The position numbers and the translations under genes are program-made. Below the pieces are notes generated by a model, which did not search any database, was not told the DNA's origin, and saw only the letters and a program-made list of their open reading frames with translations. A stretch of 64,000 bases of DNA from Strigamia acuminata (Eukaryota), in assembly GCA_949358305.1 (NCBI GenBank), contig OX442314.1, positions 10,292,001 to 10,356,000 of the forward strand, given 5' to 3'. Below are positions 48,101 through 59,353 of this stretch, piece after piece (position 1 is the first letter of the stretch; each line of letters opens with the position of its first letter).

Positions 48101-50547
48101 AATCACGACAAACATGGCCTCCTCCACATTAGCAACCAAAGAAACCAAAACGTTTGTGTCTGATTTTAATGCGGCCGACTTCATTCGTTGACAAAATGCA
48201 CGAAATTCGGTCTGATAGGTGCGTTTGCTGTCCGGTGTCATCGATCTCCACATGTCTTCGGCCAGTTCGGGTGAAGAAAGACTCAAGGCATAAGCGTCGT
48301 AAGATGCTGCAGTGCTCACTGTAATAGCTCGAACCATGTGTGGAGACAACTCCATTTGCAGAGATGCTGTAAATGCTTCAATGGCGGCTTTAGTCGCTGC
48401 GTAAACGGAGAATCCTGGGTAATTCTCTTGTCCTCCGAAAGACAAAACATTGATGAAACGTCCTGTGGATTAATTTTTTTTATATATATTGTAATATTAC
48501 ATCAGAAAAACGTGTTAAAACAATATGAGGACAATATTTGTCTCACATTATGTCTACTCAAGGCTGATTGGCTATAGAAATTGAAAGTTTCAATAGCAGA
48601 CACAAAGAACAAAGGAATTTTCATCATTTCCTGTTGAATTAACGTTTCTTCTAATGAATACAAGAAGATAGTTTATTATCTTTTTTTTTCTTTGGTGGAA
48701 TTTGCATGTGACCTAAATTCGGCTCAGGATTTCTTCTTCCACATTAATTAAAGGGTAATAAGCATGTAATTGGAAAAGGTTCTTACCCTGACATGTTCTG
48801 AGTAAATGTATGAACGATTTGGTGATTCGTAAAGTCGCCAATAGGTTGTGCGACACTTGTTGTTCGCATTGACTCCATGTCAACCATTCGAACAATCCAC
48901 TGACGCATGCGCAGGGTGTGTTGACGATCGCCCATAAACCTTGGAGAAATGAATGAAATAAAACGTTTCGATTTATTCAAAAATCATTTCGTAATAGTTA
49001 GACAAATGTATAATTACAGTGTTGTGAAACAAAGAGGTCACTAAAGTTTTCTTTTTTACACGTTTCATTGCACTTCTAACGCTTTTGGTTTTGGTGAATG
49101 ACACTTAGCGCCACACCCTATAGTGAGAATTTCCTGTGTTAAATAAATGTGTTTTACTCTTTTTGGGTTTTCGTGATTTTGTTGTTGCAAATTTTGTTGT
49201 GGAACTGGCTTTTTCTGACGTGTTTTTTGGCCTTGTGCAAATGGAAATGTTTTTAATGTTAAATATTTTTTTTTTAAGAATTTGGAAAAAAATAAATTTT
49301 GTATTATATTTTTAATTTTTTTTTACAATTATTTACATGGTAAGCTAAGAGTAAATTTAGGGTCAGAATGTGAACTCATTCAGTCAGTTATTTCGGTTAT
49401 GGTGGTTGGGTTAGTTTTTTGTGCCAGGCAGCAAATTTGGAAGTGCAATTTTGGTGTTAATATAATAGGTCTATGTCAATTAAAAATTAAAATAGTTTGT
49501 AGTCGTAAATTAAACAGACTGAAACATGAGATGCATATTTTTTGTGTTTAGCATTTAGTGATTTGTTTTGTACGGGTAAATTTACAGAAAAAATACTGAT
49601 GCATAAACGTTGTTATTTTGAAATTTTTTTTCCTAAATCTCTTATATTAATTTAGACGACAAAGTGCTAATTTACATCCTCCTGCATCTTATAAAGCACA
49701 AATTTACACTAAAAATTGCAAATTTACACAATTAATTGCTGATTTACACCCTCTTATACCTTTAAAAATGCAAATTTACACTATAAATAGCTAATTTACA
49801 CAATCAATTGCTGATTTACACCCTCTTATACCTTTAAAAATGCAAATTTACACAATAAATAGCTAATTTACACCATAATTAATTAGTTTTTACCTATTCA
49901 AACTTTTAAAATACGAATTTACACCTTAAATTTGTTAATTTAAATCTAAATCTCAAAAATACACATTTACATGTGAATTATTATTATTATTATTATTTAC
50001 ATCTAAATTGCTAGTGCCGGTACTAAAAATTTACACAGATTTTTCTTTAAAACAATCATTATTTACACAATATGTTTTTACACCACTCACATCTTTAAAA
50101 TTTACATTTACATCATTTACACTTTACAGCACACCATTTTACACCGTAATTAAACTAGTTGTCTTAAAAAGTTTAGTTGCACAGTATTTTACCTTTTTCA
50201 TCAGGCATGATATGCTGCTCCACATATTCCACAGCATTTAGCATCACTTCTTCATTCTTCGTATCCATATGCAGCACATGCATTCTTCCTGATTTCTCAG
50301 CTTTTAACTCGTCCGCAACAGCACTTTCCGTGTCGGTGCACGCCGCAAACACGCGGAAACCCAATTGATGCAGCCGCAAAGCGCACGCCAAACCCGGCGC
50401 CGTGTCGCAGTTCGCGACGAGCACACTTTTGCGACCGATGTCGATGCGATTTCGACGGAAGCGCAGCAGATACATAAGCAAAGCGGCCGCAATTCCCATC
50501 ACCACTGCTAATTGCACCGCCACCAAAATCGCTGTCTGTCGTTCCAT
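36177..50547 (-). CDS. Short-chain dehydrogenase paralogue 2, last exon split by LTR element 2
   Basis: MERQT...VLVANCDTAPG (exon ~50191-50547), LWAIVN..FEWLTW (~48787-48940), YAATKAAIEAF (48111-48463); removing the element restores EEAMLCRSPAESY...SERIV* ending at 36177. Confidence 0.85.
36329..36959 (+). repeat. 5' LTR of element 2
   Basis: Direct repeat of 47480-48110; octamer ATTTGCAT 36464, CRE 36473, ETS-like TTTCCGGT 36481, TATATAA 36493. Confidence 0.95.
37052..39898 (+). CDS. gag: Gag of element 2 (948 aa)
   Basis: Capsid-like KFDG...ARNWY...WEDFVIKF...QAPGETLREY and zinc knuckle CNFCNEDGHWRQAC; long coiled-coil N-terminus. Confidence 0.92.
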   Translation: MTKTTAEDRKRRNDEKDRKEAEEIERQKAEEANHVEPEVETNSTKVSTESSSESLPLARQLPFTGGEFEGSGSSHEENGLNKSFENPRFGLKSPRPVEKDPSEMDLMTLLNKAANTSAAMINEAARADQARTVALEKKKNELMEDLAREHREKLAAMEQSLAQEHQAKQMALERELARELLAKQKIIEREMAKDCQIRPPSNGLSQHSEPNSVQSSPERSHTAKELVAKAIEVTRVACAHGIEIDQDKDPYAELSRVIDLVNQRTEKRSADNTARRGEKRRRVGADRQQSETGGEATSDSESIDSQASHGSIRVNGLDSILNESDEVKGELYEAFIQDRRNNQGAQSWAIKNSFAMKTGQTSNNNPGDPNAELIRCINQKNQIRNEVGQNKLAMPTLEEINAVKNHLEKKHAAEAYAGRDSYVFIKKTNEGLTGTRLDDLIPPGTKLSQTSAPEKANPDNSTIAQDLTNNPNTAESSGKTSFQHNQFGLTGNGTHYPSLPSDNPRSSPLLSETDSLSNQLRTMRDELLQAMDQKLQQSRGQETEEDDRSEGLLKRYSADRWLYSRKDNNIKWTTLRLIKFDGSWNAGNLFLDEVALTINRLGAEPDEMVARGIPEMLINRARNWYADVQPRNWEDFVIKFHNQYGETSQEIQKRVSSMKQAPGETLREYVQRADSLFREMDKPFDQHAQKALFEQGLNETATKVLREMNAPKGDNFKAILAFVEKKHTEVNARYNENLTKEERALGVARQQRIQERSIDSTKLLQSRNYLNGSIEPLPSKKNQQASNPLPPPSKAYRTQTNAAEEKSEDEVSEDSEQFSESDEADEGINDVVHANMGKELAPSYRPQMKSRKSEHHNPKTEATSEKKDYPKKPFEREGKKKSPCNFCNEDGHWRQACPKLAKKKADDKAAEREELVKLLAKEQDKILKELTAKLDSMTKNWNSRAEQK
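39865..39916 (+). promoter_or_regulatory. -1 programmed ribosomal frameshift signal at the gag-pol junction
   Basis: In-frame slippery A AAA AAC, 6-nt spacer, 11-bp stem TCGCGGGCGGA/TCCGCTCGCGA; pol is in the -1 frame and open across the site. Confidence 0.85.
39895..43977 (+). CDS. pol: Pol of element 2 (PR-RT-RNaseH-IN), catalytic residues intact
   Basis: LDSGA, TMDL, YLDD, HTDAS/ELE/QTDH/VADALS, HGHPLAGH..CPRC, SVD..ISDNG..VER, GPY. Confidence 0.97.
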   Translation: MIPHPLAITSKTMDLTLVEKQIKEMEKLLEFFEEAANEEVTTPTKKRKFEIRDEDGIANAFMTLPLDQGANPLKKRILRCNLSTEAKSVLAKIPVSFGKKVLMGLLDSGADQSFISTDLFESLEEKIQKKLRGMNENIRVLTAAGEVRAVGTLSTDFVWEGGTIKHFFIVLPTRDTILLIGMDLMERMNIQPNPVTRSWNYIDNHEDPRLPIIPPELLDKAKDDEEWGGGEIKKFIQDYNFKSFNTILQEENLIHNLAMDANLGEEQTKLLEEMLKKHSKNLNKDPGKTSYVMHEIELVTGKPVRVPFKTMNPQKRHIVRTMCNELLEKGIVSHAIGEYGMRIVLVMRPGSEPRLCIDYRPLNAITVIDPIQMPSIEAILRELAPFNWVTTMDLSKGYWQVELREEDKEKTAFWAPQGRLMFNVMPFGLVNAPATFQKLIEKVLGDALHKYAWAYLDDIVIVSQTFEDHLIHVNDVMERLTKAGLNIHPGKSKFCRKELAFLGYTVGTGGLSIDPKKTQAISQFPAPEDVKGVQRFMGMMNFFNRLLPNLADVAAPITDLLRNDKDFEWTDHCETSFNKIKQMLIDVKRIPLPDLNREFTLHTDASRIGLGAALLQKHDIDGVVLEVPTMFISRKLQAAEKNYNATELECLAVVWAIRKFRPYLEFTKFNVQTDHEALKWLMALKEPSGRMARWQLELMACDLIIEYRPGKFNVVADALSRAPASDPEDETDCGEDDSRLFYCPNPVRKWEFKKLNELPKEKLESGDQNYYNYWLRAYQSVKDAHPNYELTIEPRISDKYVRAFVAHVSKGTNSKPPTRDELIAAQMTDDFCKTYRNFITDKKFPDENFDEIQREEFEREASTYLIEDGLLLKHHPNFRDDLTETGTSMKVVIPRSLLTRFLWMVHGHPLAGHSGVARTIYRANQLYFWPKMTRDIVRFIHHCPRCQACKPRTPKSYERISLGPFAPFDCWSVDLMGPKPTSSNKNKYILVIMDVATGWPELFPMERPTKQKIIRCLYEVALHFGFPRKLISDNGPQFASNLYKDFCKKFDIETSYTSTYNPRANPVERLNRDIKYALAIFTDVHSSWDEYLREIAFSIRTTISRNRKFSPAFLNFARELRVPWDPRIPEEILEIDPEKPHIYVDRLEQIISATYQHMMSHIFDMRDRISIAGKDRPFCNFKVNDLVWKDTHIQSSANKGVHAGLADKRDGPYVILEAHGGNAFKLKRLADNVNFRSIHARELTPYLPEFPQEAWTEYQTKPAQNPIIRDMFLDEQTGPTNLVQDESHEAADAPDEISEREEIVEESPKKGKQSNKNKTTRILKPDKIYGMRRHKPNPFIKDGKLVGKQKATPAIVSNNR
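44163..47280 (+). CDS. ORF3 of element 2, two exons (44163-44315, 44590-47280), ~947 aa, unknown function
   Basis: ATG at 44163, GAC|GTAAGT donor at 44316, TTTAG|GAC acceptor at 44589, both phase 0; R/E/D-rich region, poly-Pro, Lys-rich; no signal peptide or clear TM anchor. Confidence 0.82.
47480..48110 (+). repeat. 3' LTR of element 2
   Basis: Direct repeat of 36329-36959, followed by TSD AACA. Confidence 0.95.
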
Positions 50548-51919
50548 CCTGCAATACGATCTCGAATGTACAACCAGACACAGGTGCACTCAAGGAGGTG
50601 TGCTGAAGAGCCTCGAAATTAGCCAGTCGCGGCTACGGTAGGTCAATTGAAAACAAGAGGCTATGTGTGAATGACGTCACAGGCCGTGCCGCGCTTCACG
50701 AACTCCGTAGATTTTCCGTGATTTTTTGCTTAGAAATGTTTCATTTCTGGAATAAATTGTTGTTTTCCAATTTTTTTTAATTAGTGCATTCATCTCGGAA
50801 GTAATTTTGAGGTAAATTAAAGAAATAGATGAAAAAATGGATGGAAATTGTAGAGTTTTGGTTTCCTCGATGCTTTTGTTACTTCCTGTGTTTTGACTTG
50901 ACGTCCCCATTCCACTGTCGTGTTAAAGTGTCATTCGGGAGTTTGAGTGAGGTATTCGACCTTGACTAGCCCTGAGATGAGTTAAAGATTAACATTTGAG
51001 TAGTTTGAGTAATTTGAGAGTCCTAAATGCATTTATTTGGCATATATTTATTTTTGTTTTGTTTTTGTACAATTTGCAGATGAGTAGCTTCTTTTAGATG
51101 ACATCAATCTACTTATATTGAGGTTAGAATTGATTTTTTCTATTGAATTTCCTTTCAATGTTGAGTTGAAATTAAATTATTTTTTTACTTTTTATTTGTC
51201 TGTATGGTAATTACAAACTTAATTGTGAATGGCCCAAGAGGCAAATGCCCGGACATACGTATGTAAAATAAACGTCTAAAAATGCATTTTTGTGTCGAAA
51301 AATGCATGTTTTGTCGATAATTTCATTTATTTCCCATAAAAAAGCATTTTCCCGCCTCCAAATGCATTTATTTTTCTTGAAAATGCTGTGACGTTATTAT
51401 TTAATGTTTTATTAACTGAAATAATAAAATATAATTACTTCATTCTCGTTCTCATTCAAAACTTGCACCCCAAGATGGCCGTTGCGATGCTAGTTGCTAA
51501 GCAACTGCCATCCAGCATGCCCCGCACCAATCTTTTGACATATTTCGAAAATGCCGAGGAAAATTCTGATTTTGTTTAAAATTAGCTTTAAAATTGTGTG
51601 AATTGAAATAAAATTCAGTTACTTTCTTACATACGATTATTCCAAATTTTGTCGCTAGGAGGCCGCTAGTCGCAGACCGCATCATGGCGGACACTCGTCA
51701 AAGGTAAATGGCGAAATTACTTTCACATTTTACGTCTTAAAAATATGAGTTGAGTGCTGACACCTTTGAAATTTTTCTTTAATAACTATACTATACACTA
51801 ACAAAAAAATTACAAAAGTCAAAGTACTCTGAAATCTGAATTGTATCGATAAATTAATATAAAACGGTGAAACTACAAAGTAAAATGTCAAAAAAACAAA
51901 AAAAAAACATGAAAATATC

Positions 51920-54900
51920 CTAACGAATCTCATTACAAGCGTCTAATTCCTCTTTATCTCCTTCATCAGCACATGCGCACGTGCGCCCACCGTGTCCATT
52001 CGCCAAACAGAGACTCTTACAGCCGCCATTATTAGATGCGCAAACATTACTGACTGAAAAACACCAAAAACACCAAAAATCAATTTTATTAAAAATAAAA
52101 AAAATAAAATCAAACTCAAACCTCTGGGACACGTATCCGGCACGAAAACAATTCCGTACACCTTACTGTGCGTCCCTAGCGGCGATTTGATGGGTTTATT
52201 GATGCTGTATCCAACTTTTGAAGCGCTGTTTATCGTGTTTCTGTATGAATAACCCCAAATAAATTTTAAAAAACAATTTATTTAAATTGTAACTTTGAAT
52301 ATTCTCACGTTTCCCAATCGGTCCAGAACAGCGTGTCCCTACTATTGGCGATTCCAAATGGATAAGCGACAGGTGCGATGACCGTTCGTCTGTTGTGGCC
52401 ATGTAAACTGATACACTCGATCTTCTGCACACCAGCGTCGGCCCAGCACAGATCTTCGCGATCGTAGTCAACCGTGAGCAAATTCGGCAACCCGAGATTG
52501 TCAGACACGAAAACTTCTCTATTGGTTCCGTCCATGTTGGATTGCTCGATCTTTGGCGAGTCGCGGTCCCAATCGGTCCAATAGATTTTCCTTCAAACCG
52601 AGAGATCGAACAAGTAAATATAAAAAAAAACCACGTTTTTGGGAAAAGGCTTTTATATTGTCATGAGCCAAAAGTCGCCGACAACAGCAGTCATTTCAAG
52701 TTATATTGGTGCTTCAAATCACCACAGGAGTGAGCTGCTATTGCACATTCCCTAAAATCCTGATTAAAACCACTTTTTCTTGAGAAAATGCAAAAACAAA
52801 AAATACAGTTTCGTAGAGAATTAAATTCTCTACAAAATAGGCCTATTTTCAGAATTTATCGAAGCCTTTTTCATCTAAAATCAAAACTTATTCAGGTTGA
52901 AGCGGGCAATTTAGCCACCATTTTAGTTTAAATCACCGACAGATGGCGCTATTAACACACACACACACACACAAATATGGTCATGTCTCATGTCAAGTTA
53001 AATAAAAGCCTCTAAAATGGTATCTTTTATGTAAATTTCAATTACCCTCTGCCCGGATGTAACGTGATTCCACGGGGATTCGATAAATCGGTGTCGAAAA
53101 GCACTTTGCGCTCTTTCGTGTCGATTCGCGCAACTTCGATCGTGTCTTTCCCCGAATCGGTCCAGAAAACGTTCCGGCTGACCCAGTCCACGGCCACACT
53201 CTCGGGGGAAATGATATCTGTCAATCAAATTTAAAATTAATTAAAAAATTAATTTTTTTAAAAAAAATAAATTACTTGAGTTGATGAATGGATTCGGATC
53301 GGATCCGTTGTAGCCGGCTCTCATTATCGTACTTCCGGACACGTCGGTCCAGTAAAACTGACCGGCTGCACAGTCGACGTCGATGCCGAGCGCCGTTTGA
53401 TAAGGAACTAAACTGACGGGAATAGAGGAACCCGCGGATGGGTCCAAGGGCATCCGGACGGTCGCCATGCCTTGGTTGACCAAAAGAAAGTTGCCGTCGT
53501 ATGTTGGGATGACTGGAGGAAAATGTTGGAATTAGATTTTTGGTTTTGGTTTTTGGTTTCGGTTTTTTAAGTGACCATTGCAGGTGGATCCGTCGCCGAA
53601 ATAACCGTCTTGGCATTGGCAAACGTATTGGTGGAGAGATGGGTGCACTATACACTCGCCGTTAATGTCGCACATGGACGGATCGGTCCGGCACGACCGG
53701 TCAGGTACGCAGTCGAGTCCATCACCGGTGTAGCCCTAACATGAAAATTAGATTAAAATTCGAATTTTTTCTAACTTTTATTAATTTATTATCGGTTTTT
53801 CATGATTTTGTATGATTTTTTGGGGTTTTTCATGATTTATATGGGATTTTTCATAAATTTTTGGATTTTTCATGAATTTTTGAGATTTTTCATGATTTTT
53901 ATGGAATTTTTCATGAATTTTTGGGGTTTTCATAATTTTTATGGGAATTTTCATGAATTTTTTAGATTTTTCATGAATTTTTTGGACTTTTAATGATTTT
54001 TTTCGATTTTTTAAAGAATTTGTTTCGATTTTTTATGATTTTTTCATGAATTTTTTGGATTTTTTTAATGAATTATTTTCGATTTTTCATGAATTTTTTC
54101 GATATTTCATGAATTTTTTGGATTTTTTTAATGAATTATTTTCGATTTTTCATGAATTTTTTCGATATTTCATGAATTTTTTCGATTTTTCATGATTTTT
54201 TTCGATTTTTTAGGAATTTTTTCTTATTTTTAATGAATTATTTTCGATTTTTCATGATTTATTTCGATTTTTCATGAATTTTTTCGATTTTTAATGAATT
54301 TTTAAGAATTCTTCTGATTTTCTCCTACCTGATGGCATTGACACCGATAAGCTCGCTCGTTTTCGTCGTAAGCGCACACACCATCCCGATGACAATTATT
54401 GAGCACATTACACGAAGTAACCGTCGGTTCGCAGTAATGTCCATCCCCACTAAACCCTACATTGCACACACACACCCAACCGCCCGAAACCCCATCATAA
54501 CCACACACAGCATCGTGGTGACAATTATTATTAACATCGCACGAAGCCGCCGCTTGCAACCAACACTCCTTCCCACTCCCCGTGAACCCATGCTCGCACA
54601 CACAGTGATGTCGTTGCCCAACATGATCATACACGCACTGCGCATTCGGACTGCAATCGTCGATACTGTTACATTCATCTATAAAAAAAATAATCAAATT
54701 TTAAAAAATCATTTCGCGCCAAATTCAATTTTTCCTACCTTGAGGAAGACAGAGAATTCCGTCGCCGGAGTAACCGTCCAAACAACGACAACTGAATTTG
54801 TGCGTAGCCTCGTCTTCGACGCACTTCGCATAGATGGAGCAGATGCTCAGACTGTCGCAAGTTATGTCGGAAGGTGCGCATGTGTAGCCGTCGCCTTCGA

Positions 54901-57900
54901 AACCGGCCGTGCAGCGACACACGAAAGCGTCGTGACGTGAATCGTAGACGCAGAGCGCATTCTGGTGGCAGTTGTTGAGCAAATTGCAACTCACTTCATT
55001 TTCGTCTGGAATTTAATTTAATTTAATTTGATTTTTAATTTTTATTTTTTTGGTTTAATACCCGGATGTTTGTGGGGATCGATCGGATCGCAAGTTTCGT
55101 ATCCGTCGCCGCGGAAATCGGCGTTGCAGACGCAATAGTGTTGTTGGATGTGTTCTTCGTATACGCAGGATGCGTGTGGATGGCAGTTGTTGATGACGTC
55201 GCAACCCTCGATCTCTTCGGAGCAGGAAAGCCCGTTTCCGATGAGTCCTTCGAGGCATTGGCACTCGTGTTTACCGCTGTGCGGGTTGTATATGCAATCT
55301 GCGTTCAAGTCGCACATCTCAAGGTTCTCACTGCAATCCTCGTCTGAAAAAACAAAGCACAATAAAATTTTTGCATTTGTTTAAATTTGATAGAATTTGT
55401 TAAAATTTGTTAGAAATTGTTAAAATTTGTTAGAAATTGTTAAAATTTGTTAGAAATTGTTAAAATTTGTTAGAAATTGTTAAAATTTTTTAAGGAATTG
55501 TTAGAATTTTTTAAGAAATTGTTAGAATTTTTTAAGAAATTGTTAGAATTTGTTAAAAATTTGTTAGAATTTGTTGAAATTAATTTTTATGTATTTAAAT
55601 TTGTTAAAAATTATTAAAAATTGATAATAATTGTTAAAAATTGATAAAATTTGTTAAAAATTGATAAAATTTGTTAAAAATTGATAATAATTGTTAAAAA
55701 TTGATAATAATTGTTAAAAATTGATAATAATTGTTAAAAATTGATAATAATTGTTAAAAATTGATAAAAATTGTTAAAAATTGATAGAATTTGTTAAAAA
55801 TTGATAAAATTTATTAAAAATTTGTTGAAATTTGTTAAAATTTGTTAAAAATTTGTTGAAATTTGTTAAAAATTTGTTAAAATTTGTTAAAATTTGTTGA
55901 AATTTGTTTACTTTCATCAAACGTTGGTTTACAAACGACACCATCGCCCATAAAACCCGCTTTACACTGGCACTGAGCCGACTGTCCGGCTAAATGAACG
56001 CATTCGGCGTTTTCTTCGCATCTCAGAACATCACAAGTCAAAGATTCTACAACAACAAAAAAAAAATAAACAAATAAAAATAAAAAAATTATATTTTCAC
56101 ATTATCCTTCAACTTACGAACGCAATTAACCCCATCACCGGCGAATCCCTGTTTACACCGACAACTAAACGAGCCCTCATAATTGAAACACTCCGCATTC
56201 AAATGACAATTATCTCTCCCTTGTTGACATTCGTCAATATCTAACGAAAAAAAAATTTTTAAAAAAAATTACATTTATTTATAATTTTTCGACGTCGACG
56301 TCGTACCAACACACGCGGCTTCCTCCCCATTCACGTCCTGATAGAAATGCTCGAACCCGGGGTTGCACAGACAACTAAAACCATCGCCTTCCACAACGCA
56401 CGAACTGTGACGTCCGCACTGCTCTTTGGCGCCGTCGCACGGATTACTCGCGCCTGGAAACACAATCCGTCACCAACCGCCCGAGTCGCAATTAATTTCT
56501 TACATTTCACATACTGCTTAACGGCTCCACGGACGCGACAACTGCGTATCGAAGAACCTTCTCCCGCGCATCGTACACGATGTAATTGCGCGATACTTGC
56601 AACCGGGTCGCGTGATCCTCCTCCGAACCGATCGGCGCGAACGAACATTCGTCGAAATTCAACGTCTGGTCCACGATGAACGGAATGTTGATGCTGCTCT
56701 CCTCCAAATGGTAATTGTGGGTCGAATGCGAACGAATTGTGCCTGAAAAACGCGGGAAATTCAATTGAATTCAATTGAAATGTGAATTAAAAATCAAAAT
56801 AAAATAGGCCTAATTTTACCGGGCGAAATTCGCGTGTATTCTTCATTGAAGTCGTCGACTTCGATGCGGGTTTCGAAGGGGATGGACGGAGTGGTGCCGT
56901 GGATGACGACTGTTGCTCGCATGTAGTTGAATACGTCGAGTCCGAGGTAGTTCTGTTCGATGGTTACTTTGTGTCCGGTTTGCGGGAATTCTATGGTTAA
57001 GGTGTTGTTGAGGACTCCGCCGGTTATGTGGTATCCGTTGGGGAGGTTTGCGCTGGATGTTGCGAAGAGCCAGCCGATTGTGACGCCGAGGGATACGAGG
57101 GTTTGCATGTCGTAGCCGATTGTTTCGTCCACGCGACTGATGGCTGTGTATGCGCGCCCGTCCAAAGGAACTACGTACGAGTGCAGGTCGGCGTCTTCGA
57201 ATTTGATGTCGTTGAGGATGCCCGATACTTTGCCGTTGAGGCGCAATGGTTCTTCTAAAAATTAATAAAAGCAATGAAAGTGATGAAAAAAAAAATTCTA
57301 ACTATTTTCCAATTTTTTTATTTTTTTCTAATTTTTTTCTATTTTTTTTCTATTTTTTTTTCTATTTTTTTCTAACTTTTTTCTAATTTTGTTTAATTTT
57401 TTTCTATTTTTCTTTCTATTTTTTTCTATTTTTTTTCTATTTTTTTCTAACTTTTTACTAATTTTGTCTAATTTTTTTCTATTTTTTTCTACTTTTTTCT
57501 AACTTTTTCTAATTTTTTCTAATTTTTTCTAACTTTTTCTAATTTTTTCTAACTTTTTCTAATTTTTTCTAACTTTTTCTAACTTTTTCTAATTTTTTCT
57601 AACTTTTTCTAATTTTTTCTAACTTTTTCTAATTTTTTCTAATATTTTCTAATTTTTTCTAACTTTTTCTAATTTTTTCTAACTTTTTCTAACTTTTTCT
57701 AATTTTTTCTAACTTTTTCTAATTTTTTCTAACTTTTTCTAATTTTTTCTAATATTTTCTAATTTTTTCTAACTTTTTCTAATTTTTTCTAATTTTTTCT
57801 AATTTTTTCTAACTTTTTCTAATTTTTGCAGAACTTTTTTGAAATTCTTTTATAAAAGTTCAATTTTAAAACCTCGTTTCAAGCAATTTTTCCCGTTCCC

Positions 57901-59048
57901 GTAAAACGCATCATCGCATTGGCAGCAAAACCCCGGGTTGTAGTCGATGCATTTCGCGTTGATGTGGCAAAATGCGGCACCAATCGAACACGTTTGTGGA
58001 ACTTGCGACGAAATCGCAGCTGTAAAATAGAAATAAACCAAAATAATTCACTTATTCATTAAAATATTCAATCAATTACTCTCTCCGATGTTCAAATCCG
58101 CCGTGTTTAAATTCCCAACCAGTCCATTCGTACCGATATGGAAAAGCCAGAACCCTTTATCGCCAATATTCGATATCCTAAATTAAAAAATAAATTAAAA
58201 AACACAAAAATTCCACCTTTTCTTAACATTCACTTGTGAATATTTCGGATTTGATCGGTGCCCGACCCAGGTAAAAGCGTCGTTCGGGTTTCCCCAGACA
58301 TAAAACCCGCCTGGGCTCTCATTTCCGGTAAATTCGAGCCTTTTCCGTCGTAATAAATCCACTGAATGTCCACATAGAGGAATAACGCGTAGCTGCTGTG
58401 CCCGTCCGATGCTACGACCAATTGGAACGTGTTTACCTGTTGTTGTAAACGAAAAATAATTAATTCAACATCAAATTTTCATTTAGATCAATCGACTTTG
58501 TCGGTTTTCTGTTTGTAGGCTCCAACTTCGTCCCACGTGACGATCAGAAGACTTCTCGCTCTGAAAGATGCGGCGGTTGTGAAATGTTCTTGGATGTAAT
58601 TTGTCGCTCTGTCCAGTAAGTTTTGGGATGATGTTTCTCGGTAAAATACTCGTCCGGTTCCAGTTATGTCGATGTCGGCGTAAAAGGGAGCGATGATGGG
58701 GTAATCCATTGGAAATTGGATGTTGTAGAACACCGGGATGTCGGTGTAGAATGAAATTAAACCGTTGGAATTGATCTGTAAAATGGAGAAATGAATAAAT
58801 TGGAAATAAAATTTGGGTTTTTGTATTTGGGTTTGTTATTTTTGTGTTTGACTTACGTATACACTGCTGTGTGGTGTTTCGTAGAAGATTATCGGCGTGT
58901 CTAGGTAGAATTCGGTGGAACTTATGTCATCTTGAGTGTCGAGTTTGACGTCGCCATTGTCGGCGCCGAATGGGAAAATGTCCGTTTTGAAAAATCCGAA
59001 AACGAGCGGTAAAAAGACAAAGGATGCACAAAACTGATGAAGAATCAT
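51920..59048 (-). CDS. Ndg: Nidogen/entactin, multi-exon
   Basis: Signal peptide, NIDO domain ([15 protein letters not shown]), EGF, G2F domain ([17 protein letters not shown]), many EGF repeats, YWTD propeller (FYWTD, VFWTD, LFWTDW), terminal EGF. Confidence 0.93.
52820..53003. repeat. Dispersed intronic repeat, related copy at ~63699-63889
   Basis: Shared AATTAAATTCTCTACAAAATA..AGAATTTATC.AAGCCTTT..CAGA.GGCGCTAT..CAAATAT..CAAGTTAAAT. Confidence 0.65.
53790..54310. repeat. Low-complexity intronic satellite (TTTTTCATGAATTTTTTCGA-like)
   Basis: Degenerate ~10/20-bp units in a nidogen intron. Confidence 0.85.
55380..55910. repeat. Intronic satellite (TTGTTAAAAA/TTGATAATAA)
   Basis: 10-bp units in a nidogen intron. 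Confidence 0.9.
57300..57830. repeat. Intronic satellite (AATTTTTTCT/AACTTTTTCT)
   Basis: 10-bp units in a nidogen intron. Confidence 0.9.
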
Positions 59049-59274
59049 TTTCGTTTTAACCCTATCGTTAATAAATTAAAAGAAACATTGAAAAATTTAA
59101 TTATTGCGGTTAAGTGAAGAAAATTGGTGAAAAATTCAAATATTTTCGGTTAAATGAAGAAAATTTGTGAAAAATTCAAATATTTTCGGTTAAATGAAGA
59201 AAATTGGTGAAAAATTCAAATATTTTTTTTATTTGTGAAAAACTCAAACATTGCCTTGAAACGCCTCTAAAACT

Positions 59275-59353
59275 CGTTTCGTGTTTGTACGTGACGTTGA
59301 ATAACATGGGCAATTAATTCAATGGGAATGACGTCACGTACAAACACGAAACG
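59275..59353. repeat. Perfect 23-bp inverted repeat with 33-nt loop
   Basis: CGTTTCGTGTTTGTACGTGACGT / ACGTCACGTACAAACACGAAACG, interrupting a ~40-bp tandem array upstream of nidogen. Confidence 0.9.

Larger units (their letters stand above)
36329..48110 (+). mobile_element. Ty3/Gypsy LTR retrotransposon 2, apparently autonomous, three genes
   Basis: 631-bp LTRs TGTGGTGATTCG...CGAATCACGACA (36329-36959, 47480-48110), TSD AACA, PBS TGGGGGCCTGTCCGGGAT (36962-36979, tRNA-Pro-like), PPT GGGGAGGGA. Confidence 0.97.
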
